DNA from: Histomonas meleagridis 2922-C6/04-290x
Lineage: Eukaryota; Protista; Parabasalia
Direction of reading: 5' to 3'
DNA: 64,000 bases
NCBI GenBank assembly: GCA_020184695.1
Contig: JAANOX010000138.1
Coordinates: 24,107 to 88,106 of the forward strand
A model generated the notes under the pieces. It saw only the letters and a program-made list of their open reading frames with translations. It was not told the origin of the DNA and searched no databases. Within the stretch, counting starts at the first letter, position 1, and every line of letters begins with the position of its first letter. The position numbers and the translations under genes are program-made. Below, piece after piece: positions 43,446 through 55,300 of this stretch.

Positions 43446-45457
43446 ATGAGGGAAAATGAGCAAAATTTTGGAGTCCTGCAAACAATTAATTCTTTGGAAG
43501 ATCAAACAAATGATCCTAAGGATAATTCCATTCAACTGCTAATGTCATTAAAAAATATAATTTTTAATATAAATGAAAATAATATCAGCTCATCAGTTCA
43601 ACAATCAATAGACTTATTTGATTCAAACTTTCCATATTCATTTAATAACTCCATTTGCATTATAGTATATGCTGCGTTTTCTTCACGAAGGAACGAATAT
43701 AATATTTATTTTACTTATTTAAAAGAAATTAAATCTAAAGAAGAAGATATCAATAATAAAAATTTGGGAATTTTTGATATCTTTGGTAAATATGTTTTTA
43801 AGCTTAAAACACAGGAAGCATATTTTCTTCTAGAAAAAATGATAAGGGAAAATTTAATTGAATTTACAAATTTTGATATAAATACCCAATCTGGATTTTT
43901 TGCAATATATAAAAAAGATTTTTTTAATTGTCTTTCAAGAAAAGATTTTATAAATCATAAGAAATGTGTTAAAGAAGGAGTTAATCCGAATGAAATTGCA
44001 AAAATAATTAGAAATGATGATATAGAAAAACTTCAAGAAATATCATCACAACCAAAATTTGATTTTAATCAAATAATTGAGCCATCACCTTATGAAAGGT
44101 GTTCATTTATTAATCAAGAAAATGTTTTATTAATAGATTATGCAGCATTTTTTTCTTCAGTTAAATGTTTTAAATATTTACTTATGAATGGAGCAAAATT
44201 AGATAACACAGGTAAATATGCAATTGCAGGTGGAAATGAAGAAATAATTCATTTATGTGAACAAAATCATTCATCATTTGAAGATGCATATGAAGCAGCA
44301 ATTAAATACCATAAAAATGATATATTTAAATATCTTTATGAAAATAATAGCAATTCAGATGAATTACAACAAAATGATTATAACAAAATGATTGATATTT
44401 GCATTAAAAGTAGTAATTTTGAAATTCTTTTTTTTTTAGAAAATGAAACTCAAATTGATAATTCTATCATAAATGAAACGGCAAAAATGGGAAATTTATA
44501 TCTTGTTAAACATTTTATAGAAAAGAATCAAATTCCAAAAAATATTTTGGTGTTTTCATTATCCTCTGATAATACAGAACTTGTTAAATTTATTCTTTTA
44601 CATAACGAAATAAATATCAATGCAAAAGATGTATTTTTAATTTTTTACTTATTTATTTACAGAATTTGATGATTTAAAAAATTATTCCGAATATAATAAA
44701 AATATTATATACTGCACTTATTTTAGCATCTAAAAATGGTTATACAGAAATAGTTAAATTACTTCTTGAACAAGAAGGAATCGATATTAATGCTAAAGAT
44801 ATTTATTTGTTTTATTTTATATTTATTATAATAATTTAAAATTACAAAATTTTATTCGGAAATTATTTAAATTATTTCAAACAGCACTTATTTATGCATC
44901 TAAAAATGGTTATAAAGAAATAGTTAAATTACTTCTTGAACAAAAAGGAATTGATATTAATGCTAAAGATATTTATTTGTTTTATTTTATATTTATTATA
45001 ATAATTTGATATTTCAAAATAATATTTGGAAATTATTTAAATTATTTAGAACAGCACTTATTATAGCATCTAAAAAAGGCCATACAGAAATAGCTAAATT
45101 ACTTCTTGAACAAAAAAAAATTGATATTAATGCTAAAGATATTTATTTGTTTTATTTGATATTTCAAAATAATATTTGGAAATTATATAAATTATTTCAA
45201 ACAGCACTTATGAAAGCATCTTCAAAAGGTCATACAGAAATAGTTAAATTACTTCTTGAACAAGAAGGAATCGATATTAATGCTAAAGATATTTATTTAT
45301 TTTATTTAGAATTTATTTTTATAATTTTATGTTTGAATATAATATTTGGAAATTATTTAAAATACTTAAAACATCACTTATGTTTGCATCTGAAAATGGT
45401 CATTCAGAAATAATTAAATTACTTCTTGAACAAAAAGGAATTGATAAAAATAAATAA
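43446..45457 (+). CDS. DUF3447 + ankyrin-repeat protein with interrupted repeat array (locus C)
   Basis: intact 407-aa N-terminal ORF; ankyrin units at 44711, 44881, 45051, 45201, 45371; terminal TAA 45455-45457; needs insert removal. Confidence 0.7.
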
Positions 45458-45642
45458 TTTTTTGTCGAAATTATTATAATAACTAAAAAATTAACTTTAT
45501 TTGATCTTAATTTTATTTTATATATGTAACATATATATATATCAAGTTTTATATAAAACAGGACAAATTAAATATTTAATTTATTGGATTCTGAATCCGT
45601 TAGAATATCTCTCGTACATCGAATCTGTACAGATTGTTAAAA

Positions 45643-45732
45643 ACTGCTTTGATGTATTCCGCTGAAAATGGTTATGTAGATGTAGTTAAATTATTTCTTA
45701 ATCAAAAAAGTATTAATATTAACACCAAAGAT
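45643..45732 (+). other. isolated ankyrin-repeat coding unit downstream of locus C stop
   Basis: 30 open codons TALMYSAENGYVDVVKLFLNQKSINTKD-like (TALMYSAENGYVDVVKLFLNQKSININTKD), followed by an insert-like AT-rich tail. Confidence 0.7.
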
Positions 45733-46043
45733 AAAATATTTTGTTTATTTTATTTCATTTTTTGATATAACGTTTGGAATTAGCGATTATTTAAAAAAAT
45801 TACACCCGCAGACTTTTAATCTTTGAACCTATTTTAATTTATATAAATATTTCTGTAGGAATTTGTATTTCTTTTCCATTCAATGTAATACAATGTGCAA
45901 CATAATTATTTGAAGAAGATAACGAAAACGTACTCGTTTTGTTTTACCTTTCTATTATTGCTTAAGAATTCACAAAGAAATCATTATATATAATCAGAAT
46001 GAAACAGTATCAAATCACTTTTATTTTCTTCATAAAAAGATAT

Positions 46044-47690
46044 TTACTCATCATCACCATTATTATTTTCTTTATGTGCGAAAGCCTCCGCAAGGAACAC
46101 AACTATTACCGATATATTATCAAGCGAATTCAATTCGAACGCTGCATCTCTTAACTTTTTTGCTGCATTCAGCGGGTCAATTTCTGCAGCCACAATATCG
46201 CACGCTTCTTGATCACTCATTACGTCCCACACTCCATCACACGCCAAAATCAAAAACGAGTCATTCTCATTCAATTCCAATGTTCTAAATGAAGGCGTAG
46301 CGTTGACCGCGTCTCCCAAGAACGAGTCTCCGAGGGCTCTTGACACCGCGAGCATTCCTCCGAGTCTTCCCTCTTTTACGAATCCGCCTTTCGATTGTAT
46401 GTACGCAGCTTCATCAGGCAAGTCAGGCTTATGGTCCACTGTTAGTCTTTCTGCTTTGCCGTCTCTGCACAACACGCAGCGCGTGTCACCAACATTAGCG
46501 ACTGTGAGCGTTGTGCCTTCAACGACAGCAATCACTGAAGTCGTGCCAACATAGACGCACCATGGCTTCATGTCCATCTGTAATTGGCGGAACGATGCGA
46601 CGTATGCATCCTCAACATTTGCAGTGGCCTTTAATCGCTCGCTAATTGCTTTCGGGAGATTTGCAGCTGCAAATTCGGCGGCTTCACGGCCCCCATGACC
46701 ATCGAATAACCCATACAATGCAGCGCCTTTCCGAGGCATATCCATTAATATGATGGAGACATCTTCCATTGTCTGTCGGCGCCCAATCATGTCAGCTTGG
46801 CCGCTCCGGAATAACTCGGTGTTTTGATGCGTTTCTTGGCTTTCGATGGTCTTCGCGCGCTTGTCAGCAGCCTCAAGATCATCAAAAAGAGCTGTCCCGC
46901 GGATGCGCTCCTTCTGGCCGGCTCTTCCTATGAGCATTTCGCGGCCTTTGATGGACTTGAAGCTTTCGATCTTCGACCGGAAACGACGCTGAAACGGTGA
47001 GCGGACAATGGAATCGACTATGTTGGAAACAGCAATGTTGCGCTCATTGGTGGTGGCCGAAAGCGAAGTGAGATCATCACTGATTGTCGTGTTTTTGAGA
47101 TAGAGATTGTTCATAAGTGCAGTGGATAGGCGTTTTTGGTTGGATGTGGACTTCGTGGTCGTGATTCGAAGGGTGTCAATTTTCCTGGATGTATTGATAA
47201 GATCAATTATGGACTGAGTAACGTTTTCTGGGATATGACAATTGTCAAGAATAAGGGCCGTAAGAGAAGGGTGGCCAGCAACTGAGTTGAAGATTAATTG
47301 AATGGAATCTCCAAAATCATTATCACCAGCATCAAATTGTTGTAAATTAGGAAGTGATATTAAGAGCCTAGATATGGATTTGCAATGTTGTTGTTGAAGT
47401 GAACATTTTCGGAGAGAAAGTTTTGTTAGTGTTTGTGGAATATGAAGAACAGGAAAATAAAAATCAATAAAAATAGGACCTGTTCCTTTCCCTGTTATGG
47501 TTAGACTAAAGTTATTGTCTTTTTCAGGATTTTTTTTAAGTGAATCATACATGACTTTGTTAAATGTCTTATTATATCGTTTGAGTTTTTCCGGTATTTG
47601 CTTTTGAGTAGGGATTGTGGCGATGAAGAAACTCCGTGCTTCAGCATTTGGAATTCCTTCGGGTTTTAAGCTTGATCCGCCTCCACCCAT
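46044..47690 (-). CDS. LRR + PP2C (PPM) protein phosphatase, probably N-myristoylated
   Basis: MGGGGSS start, RI-type LRRs, GRRQTMED, YGLFDGHGG, ANVGDTR, LAVSRALGD, LILACDGVWDV, SLDNISV. Confidence 0.9.
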   Translation of the reverse strand: MGGGGSSLKPEGIPNAEARSFFIATIPTQKQIPEKLKRYNKTFNKVMYDSLKKNPEKDNNFSLTITGKGTGPIFIDFYFPVLHIPQTLTKLSLRKCSLQQQHCKSISRLLISLPNLQQFDAGDNDFGDSIQLIFNSVAGHPSLTALILDNCHIPENVTQSIIDLINTSRKIDTLRITTTKSTSNQKRLSTALMNNLYLKNTTISDDLTSLSATTNERNIAVSNIVDSIVRSPFQRRFRSKIESFKSIKGREMLIGRAGQKERIRGTALFDDLEAADKRAKTIESQETHQNTELFRSGQADMIGRRQTMEDVSIILMDMPRKGAALYGLFDGHGGREAAEFAAANLPKAISERLKATANVEDAYVASFRQLQMDMKPWCVYVGTTSVIAVVEGTTLTVANVGDTRCVLCRDGKAERLTVDHKPDLPDEAAYIQSKGGFVKEGRLGGMLAVSRALGDSFLGDAVNATPSFRTLELNENDSFLILACDGVWDVMSDQEACDIVAAEIDPLNAAKKLRDAAFELNSLDNISVIVVFLAEAFAHKENNNGDDE

Positions 47691-48287
47691 TTTCTGTTAC
47701 GGACGTTAATTATAAAAAGTGGCTCAATGAAATTTTTTTGCCACTTCTAACTGCTTTCTATCAAAAGTGAAATAATACTTATCAATTCATATCAAACAGA
47801 CATATTAACCAAAGTTTGAGATTTAAACTTTGAGATTTCAAATATTACACAAATCATTTTAATGCCAATTTCAATAATGCGAAAATACGATTTGTTGAAT
47901 GTTTTTTGATTCAATACGTTTTTCAATCTTCAAAATTTATAAAAAAAGCTCAAGTCGCGTGGTACTATTATTGTGTACACGAAACAAACTATAATGCAAT
48001 TATTTATTTTCAATTATTAAACTATTCCAGTACTATCACTAAAATTGCAATATTATTTTTATACCGATCAAGTAAACAATACAACGCTTCATTTGATTGA
48101 TAAAGAACATTTTTGGATGAAAAAGTATCTAATTCAAGAAAAAAATATTTTTTTTCTTTTCGATCTCTTTTTCCAAAGAACAATTTCTGTGGTTTTGGTT
48201 GCTAACACAAAATAAATTGATTGAAATTAGATTGCATAATAACATGAGATAAAATTTTAAAAAAAATTCACCAAAATTAAGGACGAT

Positions 48288-48752
48288 TTAGAATTTCATA
48301 AGGTGTGGGCGATCTCCTGGTTTGAGTGAAAATGTGGCCTTAAGGTAATCAATCATTTCTGGAATCTTTTGTGCAGCAACTTCGATTGCAGCAGCAGATC
48401 CAGCTTCATCGACATTACCAATTTCCAATTTGGTGGATGTAGCAATTAAGAAATCTTGGTCAACTTCAATTGGTTTGATAGCTGGGCCATTGACTTTGAC
48501 AACACCTTTTCCGTTATCAGCGAAAACAACGCCACGCTTACCCTTAAACTCACCATCAAGGATAATGACAACAGTACCATTTTGGATGGAGTCGCGTGTT
48601 TTCCTTTCTGGAACTGGGATTTCTTCTGGTTTAATTGGATCGATTTCAGCAGCGACAGCTGGGCGTGTTAAAGCAACACGTGGGATTCCGTGCCATGTTG
48701 GCTTCCTTGGGTCCTTCTTTTGGATTGGTGCAATGAAAAGGAGTTCGGCCAT
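48288..48752 (-). CDS. RPL6: 60S ribosomal protein L6 (eL6)
   Basis: GTVVIILDGEFKGKRGV, GP..EVDQDFLIATSTK, YLKATFSLKPGDRPHLMKF; likely start MAELL at 48752. Confidence 0.85.
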   Translation of the reverse strand: MAELLFIAPIQKKDPRKPTWHGIPRVALTRPAVAAEIDPIKPEEIPVPERKTRDSIQNGTVVIILDGEFKGKRGVVFADNGKGVVKVNGPAIKPIEVDQDFLIATSTKLEIGNVDEAGSAAAIEVAAQKIPEMIDYLKATFSLKPGDRPHLMKF

Positions 48753-48762
48753 TATCTTAAGA

Positions 48763-48767
48763 AAAGG
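48763..48767 (-). promoter_or_regulatory. M5-like core promoter element (CCTTT) upstream of RPL6
   Basis: CCTTTT about 10 nt upstream of the ATG, same arrangement as RPL9. Confidence 0.5.
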
Positions 48768-48866
48768 AGAGGCCACAACCACCGTCACTTTTGGGACACT
48801 TTTCCTTAAACCGTTAAGTCAATTTTGGGGCAGTCCATAGATTTTTATCGTACTTTTCCCCGCAAA

Positions 48867-50780
48867 ATGGACCCAGAAAGTAATTCCTTAATGGAAATCC
48901 AAAGGATTATTAGTAACTTAGAAGAAAACAATTCAGATGATGTAATAGAACAATTAAATAAAGAACTTAGTTCAAGTCAAAGCAATATCTCCATTTTTTC
49001 AAAAGCCTTTATTGAACTTATACCAGCTCGACCTACTCACTTCAAGTTATTAGTATCGATTCTCAATAAAATCCCTCAATTAAACGACACTGAAAATAAA
49101 CAATTATTTTTAAATTTCATATTGAATAAAATGCATGAACCAAATCAACAAGAAGTATGCTTATTCTTTGTATATCTTGTTGAAAATCAATTTCTATCTC
49201 CTAATAAAGCCAATGAATACCTTTATTTGATGTTTGAGCATTCTGAAAAACTTGATAACGCACAATTTATTCAATATTTATATCCCATTTTTTATTATGG
49301 AAAAGTTCTATCTACTTTCCCAAAGTTTGATCTTATTATGAATGAACTTAAACTTCGATTTGATAACATTAATCTTGGTTTTAAACTTGATGAGAATGCT
49401 GAATTATATAAACTTTATTATCAACAAATTATTGACATTCAAAATTCCAAATGGAATCTTCCGAAAGATTTTCCTTGTAAAACTTTTCTCGATTGTATTA
49501 TGAATGATAATGATGAAATGCTTCAAACATTAATAAATCAAAATGTTATTGATGTTAATGATACACTTGAACCAACATTAATTATTCCATCATTAGTAGT
49601 TAGTTTTAATCCATCACTTATATCAATTGCAGCGTTTTATGGTTCAATAAAATGTTTAAAAGTTTTAGAGAAAAACGGAGCAGATTTATCTTTGCTTGAT
49701 GAAGAAAATCATTCGTCATTAGACTTTGCTGTAATAAGTGGAAATATTGAACTATTACAATATGTAATTTCTAAAACAAAATTAGACATACAAAATGCTA
49801 TGATAACTTCAATTGAGTTTTTCCGTAAAAAATCATTTGATTTCTTATTGAAACAGACAAAATTAACAGGAAGACTTATGAATGCTGCTGCTAAAGTTAA
49901 TAATCTCGAAATTCTTAAGCTTCTCATTGATAATAAAGTCCCTTTTGAAGATAGAGATGAAGTTTATAAATATAATTTTATGTTTTATATTATCTTTTTA
50001 TGTTTATTCATTATATTTTGGACTCCTTTACATCTAGCTGCTTCTTATAACTCAATAGAATCATTGAGAATTTTATTAAAAATCCCAAACATAAATGTGA
50101 ATATAACTGATTTGGTTTGATTTTATTTTTTGATGGTGTTTTTTTATGTTATTCGAAACTCCTCTTCATTGCGCTGCGAAAGAAGGTTACATAGAAACTA
50201 TGGAAGTTCTTCTTAATTGTCCAAATATCCAAATAAATGCTAAAGATAGAAATTATATATTTCATTTGAAGTTTCTTTTTTTGATATGATGCAACTCCAT
50301 TACATTGGGCTTCTTGTAATGATCAAGATAAAGCAATTAAGCTTCTTATTAAAAACAAAGAAGTTGACGTAAATAGAAAAGATGCATTCGATAGAACACC
50401 TTTAATTCTTGCTGCTGTTTCTAGTAGTCCTAAATCTACAAAAGCATTACTTGAATGTGAAAAAATTGATGTTAATATTAGGGATAAAGTTATTTTCTTA
50501 TTGATTGTGTTTATTTATATGATTTAGAATGACCGCTTTAATTGGAGCTGCTCAAGCAAAGAATTTGGAAATTGTTAAGTTGATTTCAAGTGCTAAAGGA
50601 ATTGATCTAAATGCAAGAAATGAAGATGGATTAACTGCTCTTGATGTTGCTGCTTTTAATAATGATGTCGAAATGGTGAAATATTTACTCTCACTTGAAG
50701 GAATCGAATATAAAGATCTCCTTAAAGCTGAAGCACATCTTTCAAAGGAAGTTAATGAATTAATAAAATCTAAACAATAA
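48867..50780 (+). CDS. divergent DUF3447-like + ankyrin-repeat protein with short inserts (locus D)
   Basis: N-terminal ORF with LISIAAFYGSIKCL; ankyrin units TPLHLA (50022), TPLHCA (50158), TPLHWA (50294), TPLILA, TALIGA (50532), TALDVA; four junction inserts; TAA at 50778-50780. Confidence 0.75.
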
Positions 50781-51002
50781 ACAATAAAATAATAAAAAAC
50801 TCTTCAAACGCAAAAATTATTTTACCATTGCATACACATTAATATACATAAGTTCATATATTTTGTGTTTGCAATTAGGAATATGATTTTGAAATTAGCC
50901 ATTAATTAAAATATTATTTAATAATTTGGTTTTTAGTCTAAAAAAAAACCGAAGAAGAAACCGTTTGCATAAAATCACGTTTATTTGACTAGTTTACTTT
51001 AT

Positions 51003-51917
51003 TCAGTCAAATGTTGGAATGAACATGTAAGTTTCTTCTGGTCGTGATTCATATGTCTGCTGCTGTTGTGGTTCAAAAGATGTGTAAGTGTCTTGTGGTT
51101 CAAATGGTGTATATGTTTCTTGTGGTTCTTGCGGAATGGATGTATATGGATTTTCTACAACATTTGGTTGCGAATATGTTGGAACTTCAGCGGGTGGTTC
51201 TTGATAAGTTGCGTATTGTGGTGCTTGCTCTTCTTGGACAACTGTGTTTGTTGGTTCATTTTGAATATTTGTTTGTTCATTTGGTGCTACTGAATTATCA
51301 GAACAAATTGACCTGATTGCTTTGGAGTCCTCCAGAATCTGCTTCATTGTGGCTCGCATTTCTTTTGCTAAGAAAGTGTAAGCATGTTTAAGTCTTCTGC
51401 ATTTGAATTTGGTGAAACGATCTTGAACAACTAAAAGTTCTTCTTCCTTCTTAATGGCTTCTGCAAGGCTGGCGTCTTTCTTCTCCTTGTTTTTGGCAAG
51501 CTCAGCTTCTGCTTTAATTCGTTTAGAAGATCCTTTTTCTGCAAGAATACGAACTTCTTCCTTTTGCTTCTCATATTTCGCGCTACGCTGTTTGTAGTGG
51601 TTTTTTGCATCGATTGATGCCATTGATGCACGGTAAAGAACATTGAAACGTTCAGCAATATCATTGAAATCCTCACTTAATCTTTCATATGCATTGATAA
51701 ACCTTTCTTCACAAGCTAAGGAGTTATAAAACTTTCCTGATATTTGAGTCATCTTTGGTGTAAATTCTGGACATTCATGTTCAACGATAATTGTCAGGTT
51801 ATCCATAAATTTTCTAAGATGCTTGACTTCCCTACGGTAATGTTTTACTTCGTTTTTTGCGTTTTCAACAACAGAATTTATGTTTGCAAGGATTTTCTTT
51901 TTGGAAGTGCCCGACAT
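51003..51917 (-). CDS. coiled-coil protein, BAR-domain-like, with Pro/Gln/Tyr/Glu-rich tail
   Basis: ~210 aa helical charged region followed by repeats such as EPQETYTPFEPQDTYTSFEPQ. Confidence 0.6.
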   Translation of the reverse strand: MSGTSKKKILANINSVVENAKNEVKHYRREVKHLRKFMDNLTIIVEHECPEFTPKMTQISGKFYNSLACEERFINAYERLSEDFNDIAERFNVLYRASMASIDAKNHYKQRSAKYEKQKEEVRILAEKGSSKRIKAEAELAKNKEKKDASLAEAIKKEEELLVVQDRFTKFKCRRLKHAYTFLAKEMRATMKQILEDSKAIRSICSDNSVAPNEQTNIQNEPTNTVVQEEQAPQYATYQEPPAEVPTYSQPNVVENPYTSIPQEPQETYTPFEPQDTYTSFEPQQQQTYESRPEETYMFIPTFD

Positions 51918-52358
51918 TGAAATGATAAAACTTTTGAGTGGTCACCGTTAAATAATCATTCAAATTTCTGCTTTTTCATTTTATACGAGCGTTTAAATTT
52001 ATTGTCAAATCTGGAGAAATATGAATACGTTTCTACATCATTAAATACATAATACAAGATAAAAACATTGTTATATGTTTTACATTTTTTTTTTATTATT
52101 TTCTTTCAATGTTTCATACAGATATTCATTTTTTTTTAACATTTATAAGAAGTATTTAGACTTATTATATTTTAAATAGAATTTGGTGGAAAACAATTGT
52201 TTACTTACCTAAAATTAACTATGTTTATTTTTAAGTAGCGAACATTAATAGCTATAAATAATAAAACAAAATTTCGTGTTGAATATAAATTATGGTTAAT
52301 TAAAAACCATTAAATTGAACCTAAATTTATTTGGGTTCAAAATCTTATTTATGATACA

Positions 52359-55300
52359 ATGAAAACAGAAAATAATTCCCCATTTTTTCATCCAATCCTT
52401 CTTGAATTAGGATTATTTCCAGATGATTCTAAAGATTATATGCTTTCTTTAAGTGATATAAAAGAAATATCAAAACCCATTATGCAAATTCTTAAATGCC
52501 TTGATAATAAGTATGATAAAAAATATTCTAAAAGCAAATATTTTAAGATGATTGAATTTTATGCATATGGATTATCATTAAATCCAGCTGATTTTCGTAC
52601 TATATCAATTGCTCAGAAAAGATATAGCGAATGGTTATCAGATACTTCATTCTTAGGAAATATTAATCGCCAAAATAAATATATAAAACTTATGATTAAA
52701 CAGTTGTCGATACCTTTTAACTTTGATTTAAGAGGAGAAATTCCAAATCAATATTATCAAATTTTATTTGATATCCTTAATGATTACACAAAGTTTTGTT
52801 TGAAAAGAGGAAGACAAAATGATGAAATAAATGAAACATTATTTTATGTGTTAACTGGGATAGTAGAATATATTTTGGAAATATCATCAAATGAGCATAA
52901 TATTATTAATAAATTGTTATATAAATCAATAAAATGTTATTTTAAAGTAGCATATTTTTGTAATAATGATAAAACATGGATAAAAGTTATAGAAATTACC
53001 AAAAATTGGTTTAATAATACTACATTTATGCAGATATGGAAAAACTATTTCTTATTCTCTTTTAAAAAAATGATATATACAACTTATGATAAATCTGAAG
53101 AAAATGAAAAAGCAAATGTAATGCTTTTTTACAAGCATATGTATTTGATGTTAAATATTAAAATGTTAAAAAAATCACCTATTTTATTGAATTTAGTATA
53201 TAAAGCATTAATTGATACTATAACAATAATTAGAAAACATGCAGCTAAACATTCAAAATTATTGTTAGTTAAGTTTCCATTAGAAACATATGTAAATCTT
53301 TTTGGTAAAATAATATATTTAAAATTTAATGATTCAAAAGATTTCCAAATATGTATATTACGTAAGATCAAACTTATCATATTAATTATAACAGAATTGT
53401 CATGGAATTCAAATGATAATTCATATCAACATATTAAAAAGTTAATTTCTAACCTTGTAACAATGTTAAATTCCAAAGGAATTGTTATTTTCTTGAGATA
53501 TGGAAGTTCATTATATGATAATGATTCAGGGTTTTCATATTTTATCTCTTCGTTATTTATCTCAAAATTCTTCAAATTTATAAGTAAAAGACCAAAAAAT
53601 ACACATCGAAAAAATAATGGTTTTTGTAATGCATTAGTTTCATTTTTCATTTCTTCATCTGTAACTCTTGGTATATCAAATGAAAATTATGAAACTGTTC
53701 AAACTTCTATTGCATCACAATTATGGAGTTTTATTAATTCATATGAAACAAAATATTTTCTTTTATCTTTTTTATTATCATCTGGAGTAAATAAGAAAAT
53801 TGTTATAAAGTGCATTCAAGATTTCTTTTATAATTGTGATCTTATTTACAAAGTTGATTATAATTACAATTTAATTGAAAAATTTATTTCATTTGTTGGA
53901 ACTTTCATATGTATTGATCCAAAATTTTTAGAACAAAATGATAATTCTCATTTATATAACGATATTTTAAATTCAGTAATAAAAATGAATGACCGTATTA
54001 AAGAAAAATCCTTTATTAAAATATTAATTGTAACTTTACACATGTTAATATCTTTAATGGAATATATTCCTTCATATATTTCTAAACAAGAAACATTTAC
54101 TAAAGTGAAAGTTTTTCTAAATTTTGTTGATAATTATCAAATTAAAATGAATAAAAAAATCTTATTATTAGCTAAATCTCAATCTAAAATAAATCATAAA
54201 TTATACACTCAAAAAGGTTCTTTTCCTTCAAATGAAAGAAATGAGCAAAATGATATTAATCAAATTGAAATCCTTCGAACTTTATATGACAAATTACAAA
54301 GTAAAATAATTTTCAATTTGCCTCTTTTTGCAAAAGGTAAATATCAAAAAATAAATGAAGAATTTATCCAAGAGAATGAAGCTTTTGGAGATCAAATAAG
54401 TTATTATTTTGTAAATAATACATTAGTTACTATGATTCAAAAAATAAGTGGCAAAGGTTCACTTGTAATGATTTCGCGTGCTTATTTTGGAAAATCTGTT
54501 TGGATATTGGAAAATGATTTAAAAGGAGAACTTGAACCTCGTTTATCAGATGAAATAAAGACAGAAAAACATGAATATAAAGAATCATCATGTTTACATC
54601 AAGAAGACAATTTTATTACAAATATTGAAACGCTAACATCTGAAGATTTATTAGAACCCGAGAAAGAATTTAGAGAAAATTTCTGTAATTTGAAATTTGA
54701 ATCTTGTGTTGATTTGTTTGATCATAAAGAGCCTTATCTTAGACCAAGAATATATGAATTTTTGGCTACAACATGCTTTATAGAATCAAATAATAAAGTT
54801 CAGCTTCGGGTTATTAAAGATTCAAATTTTGTAAAATCAATAATAAAAAGTTATGATGAAGTTGATGATACTATTTTTACGCCTATTGAATTGGTTCATA
54901 TCCTTGATTTATGTCAATCAATATGTAACGATCAAAATAATATGGATAGAATGACAAATGCTATGTTATACTTCCTTCAAAATATTGGTGTTCCAATGAA
55001 TATTTCTAAAGAAATGTCTATTAAATATGATTTACCGAATTTTAAAGAACCTGTTCCAACGATACCTTATTTTAATGGATTTGGTTATATATTTTCTTTA
55101 GTAATGGTAAATAAAGAGAAAGATTTAAAGAAGCTACAATCATTAGATCCACCAATAAGAATTATTTTTAATGAAACAAAAAGAAAATTAAATCTCAATT
55201 ATAATATCAAGAAAGTTCCGATTACACTTATTTTGACACCTTTTTCTTATAGGATATATCGTGTTTTATGCATTTCAGATGAATTTTCTCCATTTCCAGG

